NCBI GenBank assembly: GCA_964457935.1
Contig: CAYWFC010000003.1
Coordinates: 1 to 45,139, forward strand
DNA length: 45,139 nucleotides
Source of the DNA: an uncultured Lachnospiraceae bacterium
Lineage (GTDB): Bacteria > Bacillota > Clostridia > Christensenellales > UBA1242
Direction of reading: 5' to 3'
The notes under the pieces are model-generated. The model did not search any database and was not told the DNA's origin. It was given only the letters and a program-made list of their open reading frames with translations. This document shows positions 28,157-38,800 of this stretch, piece after piece. Made by a program: the position numbers and the translations under genes. Each line of letters opens with the position of its first letter. Position 1 is the stretch's first letter.

Positions 28157-30124
28157 ATGTTTAATGCTTTTGAGAAAAAGACAGGATTTTTTACATTTTA
28201 TGTAGTAATGGCCATACTAGTGGAGATATTTACATTCGTGACACTAGGGTTTGGGATATTGCCGAAGTATTTTTTGTTAGATTTAGCGGTCATACTGTGC
28301 ATAGGGGGAGTGATATTCATCTTACCGCACGTGCTGGCGCAATACATAGTATCTGAAGCACTGTTATTCGTGCAGATATTGCTGTGCTATATGAATTATT
28401 CGCTATACAGCCTATACGGCGATGTATTCTCGATAGAGATGTTTAACCTCGCGGTCGAGGCTGCCAAGGCCATAGTGACAGACTTCTTGTCATTCACTAT
28501 GATCATGGTGTGCTTGGCTGTATTCGTGGTCACTGTGCTCATAGGGCGCGTGGTGTACAAAAGGCAGAAGCAGTACGCTGTGCCAGTCAAGAAGCATTTC
28601 TCACTCATGCTGGTGATGATACTTTTCATCTGCCAAGTGGTAGGCGTGAGTACATTTACTCTGCAGAAACAGAGCATATTGTCTCAGTCAGATATGGCGA
28701 CTACAGACTATGTCGCTAGTGACAGGATATTGCTAGATACCAATACACTAAAGGCTAAAGGTTTGTCTAGGCTGGGTACTTTTGGGTATTATGTCAATAA
28801 CATCAATATAGTACTGTCTGAGGGCAAGAACAAAGAACTCATCAATGCGGCGGTGGAGTACATAGACAATGGCGAAGTCAAGACTGCTGACGGTACTGAT
28901 GCTGGCAACAATCTCATCGTCATAATGGTAGAGTCGCTCGAGTGGTTTGCGCTCAGTGAGGAATTGACGCCTAATATTTGGGCGCTGATGCAAGAGAGCG
29001 TGGTGGCAGATAATTTCTTCTCAAAGAACAAGACCAACATAGCAGAGGGCTTGGCGCTGATGGGCAGTTTCCCTACAGGCAAGATATTGAAGCAAGTGGC
29101 TGGCAGTGCTGAGGATTATGACAATTTCGGCTTCACGTTGCCACAGATATTCAAGCGTGACGGCTACAGTACAGCGTATTTCCACCCATATCTGAGTAGT
29201 TTCTATAACAGGGCGGTGACATATCCGCAGATAGGCTTCGACGCGTGTTATTTCAACGACGAAGACTACAGTCAGATGACCAATGTATTTAGTTTCGGTG
29301 AGTGGAAGTACGAGAAGACCTTTGTGGACGAGCATCTCGAACTAATGGTGCCAGAGCAAGACCAGCCGTTCTTCACATTCTTCACCACTGTGAATACGCA
29401 TGGTCCGCTCGACGACAACGACAATGTGGAAGACAGAGTGGCGTACAAGGACACTGTACTAGAGAGTGATTATTGGGCAGATTTTTTGGCTAATCACACT
29501 CATATGTCTAATACGCAACTCAATAGGACAGCGAATTACGTGGCATCTGTGCATGGGCTAGATGTGGCGCTGAAGGGAGTATTTGACCGTCTGAAAGCGC
29601 TGGGCATATATGACACCACAGACATAGTGCTATACGGCGACCACAATATGTATTACCACAATGTGACTTATGATGTGAAGGACGTAGACCCTAGTGATTA
29701 TTCTGACTACGAACTAAACAGAGTGCCACTGATGATCAAGACTGGCAAGACAGTGGACAATGTGGAGAGATTTTGCACTGCTACTGACATAGCACCTACT
29801 ATACTAGATTTGTATGGATATGATTACAACAAAAATCTGTACGCAGGCAATTCATTGTTCGATACATTGCAGACTTACACCATAGGTGGCGAAGAGGTCG
29901 AAGTACCTACATTCTTCTCGCACACAGGCGGAATGTACAGCAGGTATATGTGCACTTTTGACTGGGAGAAATATTACGCCATAGACAGCAATATGACTGA
30001 CGAGGCGTACTTGGCTGAGTACAAGGAGGCGTTCAAAGACTCTAGTATGAAGCTGATACAGAAATACAACTATCTAAACACTTTATTTACTAGTGGGGTG
30101 TATCAGAAAATATCGCTGAAATAG
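28157..30124 (+). CDS. LTA-synthase-family / sulfatase-like membrane protein
   Basis: Five N-terminal TMs, NLIVIMVESLE, FYNR, TVNTHGP, LYGDH and DIAPTILDL. Confidence 0.88.
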   Translation: MFNAFEKKTGFFTFYVVMAILVEIFTFVTLGFGILPKYFLLDLAVILCIGGVIFILPHVLAQYIVSEALLFVQILLCYMNYSLYSLYGDVFSIEMFNLAVEAAKAIVTDFLSFTMIMVCLAVFVVTVLIGRVVYKRQKQYAVPVKKHFSLMLVMILFICQVVGVSTFTLQKQSILSQSDMATTDYVASDRILLDTNTLKAKGLSRLGTFGYYVNNINIVLSEGKNKELINAAVEYIDNGEVKTADGTDAGNNLIVIMVESLEWFALSEELTPNIWALMQESVVADNFFSKNKTNIAEGLALMGSFPTGKILKQVAGSAEDYDNFGFTLPQIFKRDGYSTAYFHPYLSSFYNRAVTYPQIGFDACYFNDEDYSQMTNVFSFGEWKYEKTFVDEHLELMVPEQDQPFFTFFTTVNTHGPLDDNDNVEDRVAYKDTVLESDYWADFLANHTHMSNTQLNRTANYVASVHGLDVALKGVFDRLKALGIYDTTDIVLYGDHNMYYHNVTYDVKDVDPSDYSDYELNRVPLMIKTGKTVDNVERFCTATDIAPTILDLYGYDYNKNLYAGNSLFDTLQTYTIGGEEVEVPTFFSHTGGMYSRYMCTFDWEKYYAIDSNMTDEAYLAEYKEAFKDSSMKLIQKYNYLNTLFTSGVYQKISLK

Positions 30125-30231
30125 ATTTACTACAAAATATCATCAAAATGTACAAAAAAACACTAAAAAATGAGATTTTAGTGTTTTTTTTCATATCATA
30201 GCACGCGTGAGATGATTTATGCTAGGAGCAG

Positions 30232-32553
30232 GTGAAAACAATGAGAAAAGATATCAATACTCCTACTGGGAAAAATACTGCCAAGAGTGTAGCGAAATAC
30301 ATATGCATATTTTTGCTACTACTAGTGCTGGCGAATGCGACGCTGGACGGGGCTATCAGTCCGTTCGCTTTTGCCATGCTATTCGCGCTGATGTGGTGCA
30401 ATCAAAATGTGCTGGTGCTGGCAGTGTGCTATATGGCGAGCGTACTGGCGGTCAATCCGACATTTGACTACGTGATAATGGCTGGGTGCACTGTGGGGGT
30501 GCTATTGATGTTTTATTGCCTACACAAGATAGTGCGCAAGCCGATGAATGTGTGGCTGGTGGGGGTGTACGCCTTGCTCAGCCAAGCAGTGTACATATAT
30601 GACCAAATATCAAGCGCGCAGTACACCAATGCGGTGATATATGTGCTGTTCGGTCTGATATTTTTGTACGCGTGCATCAATGTATTGCAAGTGTTATTCA
30701 TACGCGGGATGTATTACAAATTCACTCTCGACGAGAGTATATGTGCCTTCATGATAGCGGTGGTCATCGCTATGGGGCTGTCGCCTATCGTGGCGTATCA
30801 GATAGAGTTGGTGAAGATAGTGGCGGTGTTTTGCGTGCTGTTTTTGCTCTCTATAGGCAAGCAAACGCTCGCTATCAAGGTGGCGCTGGCGTTCGGGCTG
30901 GGCATAGCGCTACAGTCGGGGCAAATGTATGCGCTGGCCAACCTAAGTCTACTGACTTTGTGTGCGGGGATGTTCGCCATGCCGAACAGAGTGAAGTCGT
31001 GCGTTGCTGTGGTGCTGGCAGATTTGGCTATGGGGTTGTATTTCGGGTCGTTTGAACTGGCGACCTGTCTGACAGCGCTGTCGTCGTGTGTGGCGTGTGT
31101 GTTATTTTTGACCTTGCCGTCGCACTGGATATACACTGTGTCGGATAGGTTTTATATCACAGAGAATGAGATATCTATGCGCAATGTCATCAACATCACG
31201 CGAAAGAACATACACAGGCGTATGCATTATTTGAGCGAGATATTCGACGAGATGAAGCAGATACATCTGGCTATGTGCAAGTCCGCGCTAACCAAGAGCC
31301 AAGTGGTGGCTATGCTGACCAATGAGATAGTGCAGAATATGTGTGGCGACTGTATGGACAAGAACAAGTGTTTGCGCAGTTTCGAGGGCGGGACGAACTG
31401 CATAAACAGTCTGATAGAGATAGCGCTGAAAAAAGGAAAAATCACTCTGCTAGACTTGCCGTCGGCGCTGACCAGCAGGTGCAACAAAGTGACCAATCTA
31501 GTCAGCAAGGTCAACCAAATAGTGTCGCAATACAGTCAATACAGTGGCATGGTGAACAATGTGAACAACGTCAAGACTTTGCTGGCGGAGCAAATGGGCG
31601 CAGTATCAAAACTACTACTCGACATAGGGGACGAAGTGGACAAGAATATCACTTATGACACAGACATGGAGAGCAAGATAATGAACAAACTGCTCTCCGA
31701 GAATATAGTGTGTAGCGAAGTGGTGCTTTACAAAGAAAAATACGACACTATTGACGCTATTTTGGTGGTGAAGGGGGAGAATAGTTACAGTCCTGTCATA
31801 CCGCGCGTGGTGAGCGAAGTGTGCAAGTGCGGTATGCGTGTGGAAAACATCACTCCGACAGACAATATGGACTTTATGTCAGTGCAACTCACCAAAGCCA
31901 ACAAGTACGACATTGTGTTCGGCATGGCGTCCAAGACCAAGGCTTCGTCTGATGTGAGCGGAGATTGCCACAGTCTGCTGAGGCTAGGGAACAATAAATT
32001 TCTGCTCGCGTTATGTGATGGTATGGGTAGCGGGCAAAAAGCAGAAAATATGAGCGCTTTGACGCTCGGACTGATAGAGAATTTCTACAAAGCAGGCTTC
32101 GACAACGAACTTATACTGGACAGTGTGAACAAACTGCTAGCCATCAATGAGCAGGAGTCGTATTCTGCGCTAGATATATGTGTCATCGACCTAGAAAACG
32201 AGATAGCGGACTTTATCAAACTGGGCGCGCCTTATGGCATCATCAAGCACGCGGACAGCATAGAGAAGATATCGGGCGGGGCGTTGCCTATAGGCATACT
32301 GGAGTCTGTCGCGCCTACTGTGCACAAATCTGTCATCTCTACCCAAGACATCATCATAATGGCGACTGACGGCATCACAGATAGTTTTGAAAACATAGAT
32401 AATTTCATAGATTTTGTCAACGGCACCCAAGCCATAAATCCGCAAACTCTCGCCCAACTCATAGTGGACGAAGCCACTCGCCGAAATGCCAATAGCGCCA
32501 AAGACGATATGACTGTGCTGGTGGCTAGGACTTATCTAAAAAATGCCAAATAA
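30232..32553 (+). CDS. spoIIE: Stage II sporulation protein E (PP2C phosphatase)
   Basis: Multi-TM N-terminus, CGDC...C...C region, SGDCH, LCDGMGSG, TDGITD and DDMTVLV. ATG 30241 is an alternative start. Confidence 0.9.
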   Translation: MKTMRKDINTPTGKNTAKSVAKYICIFLLLLVLANATLDGAISPFAFAMLFALMWCNQNVLVLAVCYMASVLAVNPTFDYVIMAGCTVGVLLMFYCLHKIVRKPMNVWLVGVYALLSQAVYIYDQISSAQYTNAVIYVLFGLIFLYACINVLQVLFIRGMYYKFTLDESICAFMIAVVIAMGLSPIVAYQIELVKIVAVFCVLFLLSIGKQTLAIKVALAFGLGIALQSGQMYALANLSLLTLCAGMFAMPNRVKSCVAVVLADLAMGLYFGSFELATCLTALSSCVACVLFLTLPSHWIYTVSDRFYITENEISMRNVINITRKNIHRRMHYLSEIFDEMKQIHLAMCKSALTKSQVVAMLTNEIVQNMCGDCMDKNKCLRSFEGGTNCINSLIEIALKKGKITLLDLPSALTSRCNKVTNLVSKVNQIVSQYSQYSGMVNNVNNVKTLLAEQMGAVSKLLLDIGDEVDKNITYDTDMESKIMNKLLSENIVCSEVVLYKEKYDTIDAILVVKGENSYSPVIPRVVSEVCKCGMRVENITPTDNMDFMSVQLTKANKYDIVFGMASKTKASSDVSGDCHSLLRLGNNKFLLALCDGMGSGQKAENMSALTLGLIENFYKAGFDNELILDSVNKLLAINEQESYSALDICVIDLENEIADFIKLGAPYGIIKHADSIEKISGGALPIGILESVAPTVHKSVISTQDIIIMATDGITDSFENIDNFIDFVNGTQAINPQTLAQLIVDEATRRNANSAKDDMTVLVARTYLKNAK

Positions 32554-32567
32554 ATGGCAGTAAGTAC

Positions 32568-32595
32568 TTGACACTGGCGGATTTTGTGGTATAAT
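32568..32595 (+). promoter_or_regulatory. sigma-A promoter with extended -10
   Basis: TTGACA-16-TATAAT with TGn. Confidence 0.7.
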
Positions 32596-32616
32596 AAATC
32601 CGAATAGGAGAGACAT

Positions 32617-33174
32617 ATGACAGTGGATATCGCTAAATTGGCAGAATATTTAGCAGACGAAATGGACAAAATGGAAGAATACTATCGCCAGCCTAAATTT
32701 TTGGAGAAGGCAGACGAGATATGTGATATGGTATTGCATTATTTTGATATGTATCCAGAATTGATGACATACCAGTTTGATACAGGGGAGACATTGGGCA
32801 TGGTGGCGTGCTGGAACGGGCTGAAGAGAATAGTCGCTCGTGTGCTGGCACACCCTGTGGCTAGTTTGCTACAGACATATGATGACAAATTGTCGCTGGG
32901 TATGTTTTGCGCTAGGCGTGGTCAGGAAGATATGGCTAGGCTGGCATGGCAAAATCCTGAAGCGAGATATCTACAAGACGAACTGGGTGTCACACTCGGT
33001 ATGTATATAGTGGCTAGCAGAATGATAGAGACTGCCAAACTAGTGCTACAGGATAGAGACGCTTGCTCCATAAAGGATAATTTCGGTAGTGATACTTATG
33101 ACTACGCTAGTGACTATGTGGAATTGAGAGATTATATCCCCAGCGATGTGAAGGCACAGAGGGCTACTGTCTAA
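32617..33174 (+). CDS. Ankyrin-like repeat protein
   Basis: ~35-aa repeats GETLGMVAC..GL, LSLGMFCARRG and QDELGVTLGM, then KDNFGSDTYDYA. Confidence 0.65.
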   Translation: MTVDIAKLAEYLADEMDKMEEYYRQPKFLEKADEICDMVLHYFDMYPELMTYQFDTGETLGMVACWNGLKRIVARVLAHPVASLLQTYDDKLSLGMFCARRGQEDMARLAWQNPEARYLQDELGVTLGMYIVASRMIETAKLVLQDRDACSIKDNFGSDTYDYASDYVELRDYIPSDVKAQRATV

Positions 33175-33270
33175 ATAAATTAGAATAACAAACTAAAATA
33201 ATAAACTAAAATAATCTAGCGAAAAATAATTTGATAAAATATTAAATAATCTGAATAAAATAATAATAAA

Positions 33271-33306
33271 AAAAATCGGTATTTGCGATAAATAGCCGAT
33301 TTTTTT
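33271..33306. terminator. Bidirectional terminator at the centre of an A-rich/T-rich spacer
   Basis: aaaaaatcggtattt...aaatagccgattttttt. Confidence 0.75.
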
Positions 33307-33489
33307 GTCATTAACATTTATTTTGTAATAGTTTTATTAATAAAATATTACAATTTGTGATAATTTATTTATTATTTGATAATTTATTTATTTGAATTAT
33401 TTTTATATTTTTTATTTTGTGATAATTTATTTATTTTTTTAATTATTTTTAATTATTTTTATTTATTTTCAGGTATTATCTAAAATAAA

Positions 33490-34242
33490 TTATTTCAGAT
33501 AGACTGGCAGGTCGGGGTCGTAGGCTATGGTGCCGATGCGTTTGTGTTTATTGCGGTCGAAGTATGCGCGCACGCGGGCGGAGAGGTCTTTGTCCTCAGC
33601 GTCGCCATAGCGGATGAAGTAGTCTATCTCTTCGTATCTATACTCTAGGTCGAACTCGTCAGTGTTTTCTTCGAGGTCGTAGCGCTCGGTATTATTCACC
33701 AAAAAGTCTGGTAGCATAAAACTATCGAGCATTTTGATGATTTCTGTCTTTGTGACATTGATGAGTGGAGCGAAGTCGCCGACATTGTCGCCCCATTTGG
33801 TCGCCGAGCCCATAATGGCTTTGGTCAGGCTAGTGGTATTGACCACCATGCTATCCGTACTGCCTGCGACGGCGTACAATATGCTCATACGCAGACGTGG
33901 CTCTAGGTGGACGAGTGACTTTCGCGACAGGTCACACTTCATGGTGGATAGACCGTTGCCTATCTCGCTGGTCAGGCTACTAAACGGCAACTGCATATTG
34001 ATGACTGTGTAGCGTATGCCGAGATATTTGCACTGATAAATAGCGTCCAATATCTCTGACATCTCGCCATTCGGGATGATGACGCCGTATACTCTGTCTT
34101 TGCCGAGTGCGTTGCAACAAATCTTCGCTGCTGCCAAGCAGTCACGTCCGCCACTCATACCGATGACTGCGCCTTTTGCCCATGGATTTTGCGCATACAG
34201 TCCGCGCACCCATTGTGTCAAATCTGATACTAAATCTGCCAT
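33490..34242 (-). CDS. nadE: Divergent NH3-dependent NAD+ synthetase homologue
   Basis: VIGMSGGRDC, PRLRM, TKWGD, DFAPL..VTKTE, TDE and HKR motifs. Several conserved residues are altered. Confidence 0.75.
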   Translation of the reverse strand: MADLVSDLTQWVRGLYAQNPWAKGAVIGMSGGRDCLAAAKICCNALGKDRVYGVIIPNGEMSEILDAIYQCKYLGIRYTVINMQLPFSSLTSEIGNGLSTMKCDLSRKSLVHLEPRLRMSILYAVAGSTDSMVVNTTSLTKAIMGSATKWGDNVGDFAPLINVTKTEIIKMLDSFMLPDFLVNNTERYDLEENTDEFDLEYRYEEIDYFIRYGDAEDKDLSARVRAYFDRNKHKRIGTIAYDPDLPVYLK

Positions 34243-34793
34243 TATTCACCTGCGTATTCTAGATATTTTTGGTATATTTCTTCTGCCACTTCGGCGACAG
34301 TCTTGTCCCTACTGCTCACTACGAAATCAAAGTGCTCTGGCTCGCTATTGCACACGCCGTACAAAGTCTTGTACCTATAATTCTCGCTCTGCCACCTGCG
34401 GAGCAGTCCGTCGCGCGCCTGCTCTGGGGTCTCACCTTTCTCTGCTACACTGCGGTCGCTGAGGTACAGGCGTCTAGCCATCTCGTCCGGGTCAAGTGAC
34501 ACAAAGACCTTGAAACTATTAGGCACGAAATGCCATGCCATACGGCTGTCGAAAATAGTGCGAGTGCCGTCGCGCTGTCTGCCGAGATCGGCTATCTTGC
34601 CATCCAGTGCTCTGTCCACAGAGTCGTCAGTATTGCATATCTCGGTCAATTCGTACAATGTCATACCGCGAGCCTCTGCCTCCTGACGGAAAAGTTGCCC
34701 CGCATTGATGATGTCGAAGCCATAATGCTCAGCCAGATACTTGGCGATAGATGATTTGCCACTGCATGGCATACCTGTGATAGTGATGATCAT
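34242..34793 (-). CDS. cmk: Cytidylate kinase-like (short, archaeal-type)
   Basis: MIITITGMPCSGKS, AGQLFR, DSRMAWHF and RYKTLYG. Stop overlaps the nadE start. Confidence 0.75.
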   Translation of the reverse strand: MIITITGMPCSGKSSIAKYLAEHYGFDIINAGQLFRQEAEARGMTLYELTEICNTDDSVDRALDGKIADLGRQRDGTRTIFDSRMAWHFVPNSFKVFVSLDPDEMARRLYLSDRSVAEKGETPEQARDGLLRRWQSENYRYKTLYGVCNSEPEHFDFVVSSRDKTVAEVAEEIYQKYLEYAGE

Positions 34794-34803
34794 ATATTCC
34801 TCC

Positions 34804-35019
34804 TTAGTTTAGTATGATATCGTAGCCGTCGAACTGTGGGCTGGCAGTGTAGGTCTCGCCCTCGAGCTGTTCGACACGTTGCTGTAATTGCTTGTTTTGA
34901 CGTTGCAATTCCTTGATCCTAATGATCTGAAAAATCACACCGACGAACAGCGCCAGCAACACAACGCCCGCTATAATCAGTGTGAGAAACATATTCTTAG
35001 TTATCTTTAATTGATCCAT
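34804..35019 (-). CDS. Small TM + coiled-coil protein, DivIC/FtsB-like by position
   Basis: One TM followed by IKELQRQNKQLQQRVEQLE. Sits after yabQ, where divIC normally lies. Confidence 0.55.
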   Translation of the reverse strand: MDQLKITKNMFLTLIIAGVVLLALFVGVIFQIIRIKELQRQNKQLQQRVEQLEGETYTASPQFDGYDIILN

Positions 35020-35374
35020 TCCTTATTGCCTTTTGGTAAATATATCGTGTCTTTGTCTGACAATAAAGATTGTACCACCTATTGGACAAAAAATCAAGTA
35101 GTTTTCTAAAAGTTATCCGACACCAGACATATCCGAGTGTGTATGCTCCTAGCAAGAAAATGTGAAATCGACCAAAATTGAAAATATTGATAAAAATAAT
35201 AAAAATTAATCCAAAAAATAATGAATTAAATATTAAATAAATATTTTTTGTCAATTTATTTTTATTTTTTGTGACGAAAAATACCGAAAAAATAAAATAT
35301 ATGGCGTAATATATCATCCCGCCATACAGCAAACAAAAGAATATCTTGGTCTGCGCCACTGTGGAGAATATCAT
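34997..35374 (-). CDS. yabQ: Spore cortex protein YabQ-like
   Basis: QTKIFF..LYGG...NFGRFHIFLLG hydrophobic pattern, overlaps yabP. Confidence 0.7.
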   Translation of the reverse strand: MIFSTVAQTKIFFCLLYGGMIYYAIYFIFSVFFVTKNKNKLTKNIYLIFNSLFFGLIFIIFINIFNFGRFHIFLLGAYTLGYVWCRITFRKLLDFLSNRWYNLYCQTKTRYIYQKAIRNGSIKDN

Positions 35375-35640
35375 TTGAATATCCTTTTGAAGAAATTGTC
35401 GCGTTTGCCGACAGTGTAGCGAATGCTGTCTATTTTGCCCGATAATTCCAGTAGTTTGGCGTCTAGGTCGAGTTTGCTGACTTGGAGATCAGTGCCAGAT
35501 ATCATCACTCCGCTGTCGAGCAATAAGGCTTGCACGAGGTCAGGTTTGGCGCTGATGACTTTTTGCACGCCCAGTATGGACAGAGACGACCTATCCACTA
35601 GGCACAGTCTTTGCTCGAATTTATTTTCTTTATTTTCCAT
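35371..35640 (-). CDS. yabP: Sporulation protein YabP
   Basis: DRSSLSILGVQKVIS...GTDLQVSKLDL...SGKIDSIRY...FFKRIFK. Confidence 0.85.
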   Translation of the reverse strand: MENKENKFEQRLCLVDRSSLSILGVQKVISAKPDLVQALLLDSGVMISGTDLQVSKLDLDAKLLELSGKIDSIRYTVGKRDNFFKRIFK

Positions 35641-35811
35641 TATTTACTCCCGAATATTTTTGTGAATTTTTTATAAATATTTTTGTGATTTTTTGTAGAA
35701 AAGACATATCTTAGATGTTTGATTTTTTCTCAATATTGTTTTATAATAATATATATTATTAATATAAATATTTTATGTCACGAATGTGCAAAATAAGTGT
35801 AAGGTGAACGT

Positions 35812-38800
35812 ATGAAGAAAATTTGCTCAATATTAATGTTATCATTGGTCCTAGTATGCGGGATGTTTTTTGTCGGGTGCAAGGATGACTACGACAAGGC
35901 CAAGCTGACATATGACGACATAGAGACAGGCATTAGTCTAGAGATAGACTCGGATGACCCTACGCTCGCCACCACCACTATAGATGTGAAGATGAATGAC
36001 TTTGATAAGAAGATAGAAAAGCAATTCATAATTTACAGCGTCCCTAGCGAACTGATATCCAAAGACTATTCTGTCGAGATAGACGGCGACACCGCGCACA
36101 TCACTATCACTGCTATCACAGCAGGCAGTGGCTCGCTAGTAGTGGCGCTAAAAGAGAATATGTCGGTCAAGCTCGAGATACCGCTAGATGTAATCTGTCA
36201 TATCAAGAATGTGGAACTGGTATACAACAGTATGTACATCACTATGTACGAAAATAGTGTAGGTAATTATGTATTTAACTTCGCTAATCTAGCATTGACG
36301 CCTACCAATACTACTGACACACTGCGTTGGCAGTTGGTAGATGACCCATCGCATCCAATAAGAGAAGTTACAGAGGGCTGGTACTGGTGGAGTATGGACG
36401 ATCTATATTCTCTCTCTGGTGGCGGGGTGTGGGTCACAGGTGGTACATTGCCACATGACGGAGAGAAAGAGCTGGCTATATATTGCCCAGAGACCAATCA
36501 CATATTGTTTTATGGCACTAGCGTAGTAGACGGCTGGGTGACAAAATTTTATCCAGAAGTAATGAATCCCAAAGATGGCTCTAATGTCAATGAGGGAATG
36601 GAAGACAAAGTTTTCTCTCTGACATTCTGCAAGATATATGCGCAGAACGAACTGGCACTGTCATCCACCACTCATGGCGGAGAAGAGGGCATCATTAGTG
36701 CCCCAGTGGTGCTATTGACCAATTATGGTGAGAAGAGTGAAGGGGCTTATTACAACACTACTGACATCACAGTGCAGACCAAGTCGGATGTACGCGACAA
36801 TAATGGTATTAAAGTAGGTGTGCAGTACGCGCCTATCAGCGAGAATTACAGCGTATATGCGTACAGCACTGACCCTAAGTCTGTGCATATAGAGAAACTG
36901 AGCCACAATTCATTCAGAATCAAGGCTATCCAAAAGACTGACTATGATGTGACGAATTATATAGTATTCCAGGTGTACAGGGCGCGATTTGAGAATAGTG
37001 GGCTGATACCTACGACGATAAATATGCCATACACTGTGACTGCCTTTAGCAATAAATTCACTATGACGGCGGAGAAGCAAGACGTGGCTATATCGCAGAC
37101 TACTGTGGGTGGCGTGACCAAATACACTGCGACTTATGACCTATACGACGTGTACAACAATGCTGACGGGGCAGTGGTGAAATTTGATATGACGCCTATA
37201 GATGCATTGCCAAACTTTAGGTATTACACTATCACTCTGCAGAAGGAATGTCTGCAAAATGATGGCAATATCTACACAGACGACACTTTCAGCACAGTGC
37301 AGGACTACACTAACACTAATCAGTATCAACTAATATTCATGTACAAGGGTATGTATCTGAAGTTTTATGATGCGGGCGAGTACTTCGTGTCAGAGCCTAT
37401 ATCTGCCAACGACACTATCAATGTGCGATACACCACTATCCAAGGCGATACTGCTGTCAAGCCTACTATCACGCTGAATAACTACGTGATGAGCAAGTAT
37501 GGCTATGATTTCTCGTACTTTGGCGAGCTGGGCGCGTCGCTGGATGTGGTATTTAATCTACAAAAAGGCGTCGAGGACATAGAAGTCCTGCCTGTGCCAG
37601 ACAATACTGAGAAGATGTTCGTGTCAGAGGTGGGCTACGACGGAGGCGACCAGTACTTCTATCTCGCACTCACTGATGCGTATGGGAATACATTGACCAG
37701 CGAAGTGTCGCTCAATATCTCTACCAATAGTCCTTATTGCGCAGTGGGGCAAAAGGGCAACGACGGCAAAATAGTGTATGCACAGCAGTTTGCTTGGACC
37801 ACTGACCTAGATGACGGCAAGATATACTTCCAGACCACGCGTGTAGGGGACTACACTATCTACGTCAGACACGCCAATGGCAAGTCTGTGGCGATACCGG
37901 TGAAGAGTTATGACAAGCCTACTGATGTGACTATGTCAGTGCTAAATGCGACAAATAATTCGTATCTTTTGCTGACTGGAGAGAAGAGTGTCACCAAAAA
38001 AATCGATGCAGGCACTACTGAGTGTGATTTTGAAGCCAAGATCGCGACCAATAGCGAGATGCGTCTGGCACTGGATGTGCTACCTAGTGATGCGCAGATA
38101 TCTAACATTAGATATGACTTGAGCCGACCTTTGACTAGCGACGGCGGTGAGCGTGATACGGCTAGCATGTACGTATCTGCGTCGCATGACAGCCTAGACG
38201 CGCTGACTATCAAGGCTGGTAATTTCGGTACTATTATAGACGGTGCGAGATATTTCGTCTGGGTAGACGTGATAGTAGAATACACTTATTACGAGAGTGA
38301 CGAAGTCGAGCATTTCGTAGAAAAGACTGGCGAATTGACATTTACTATCAAATTATTCATATTCGTGCCAGTGCAGAACGTGACGCTGAATTATTCGTAC
38401 ATCAATGCAAAGTCTGAGAATTCTGTGGGGTATTATGATAGTGATTTAGCAAAAATCAAACTCGATGTGTCTGTATCCCCTGCTGATGCGAAGAATTATC
38501 TAGACGAGTACAGCGATGAGTCAACTGACACTGAGATATTGTCAGAAGACAGGAAATTCAAATACATTTTGTCTAATATCTATGTATATTGTGACGCTGG
38601 GCAGTTCGTCTGCGCTATAAATGACGACAATATCACTGGTACTACTAACATTACCGTCTCGGTAAAACAAAACAACAGGACGTTTTATCAGACGTGCACA
38701 GTGAATATACAGAAAGCGACCAGAGTGGACAGTCTGAGACTAAATACTTATCTGCCAGTCGATGCGGACGGCTACAGTTACATTAGTTTCAAGTCTACTG

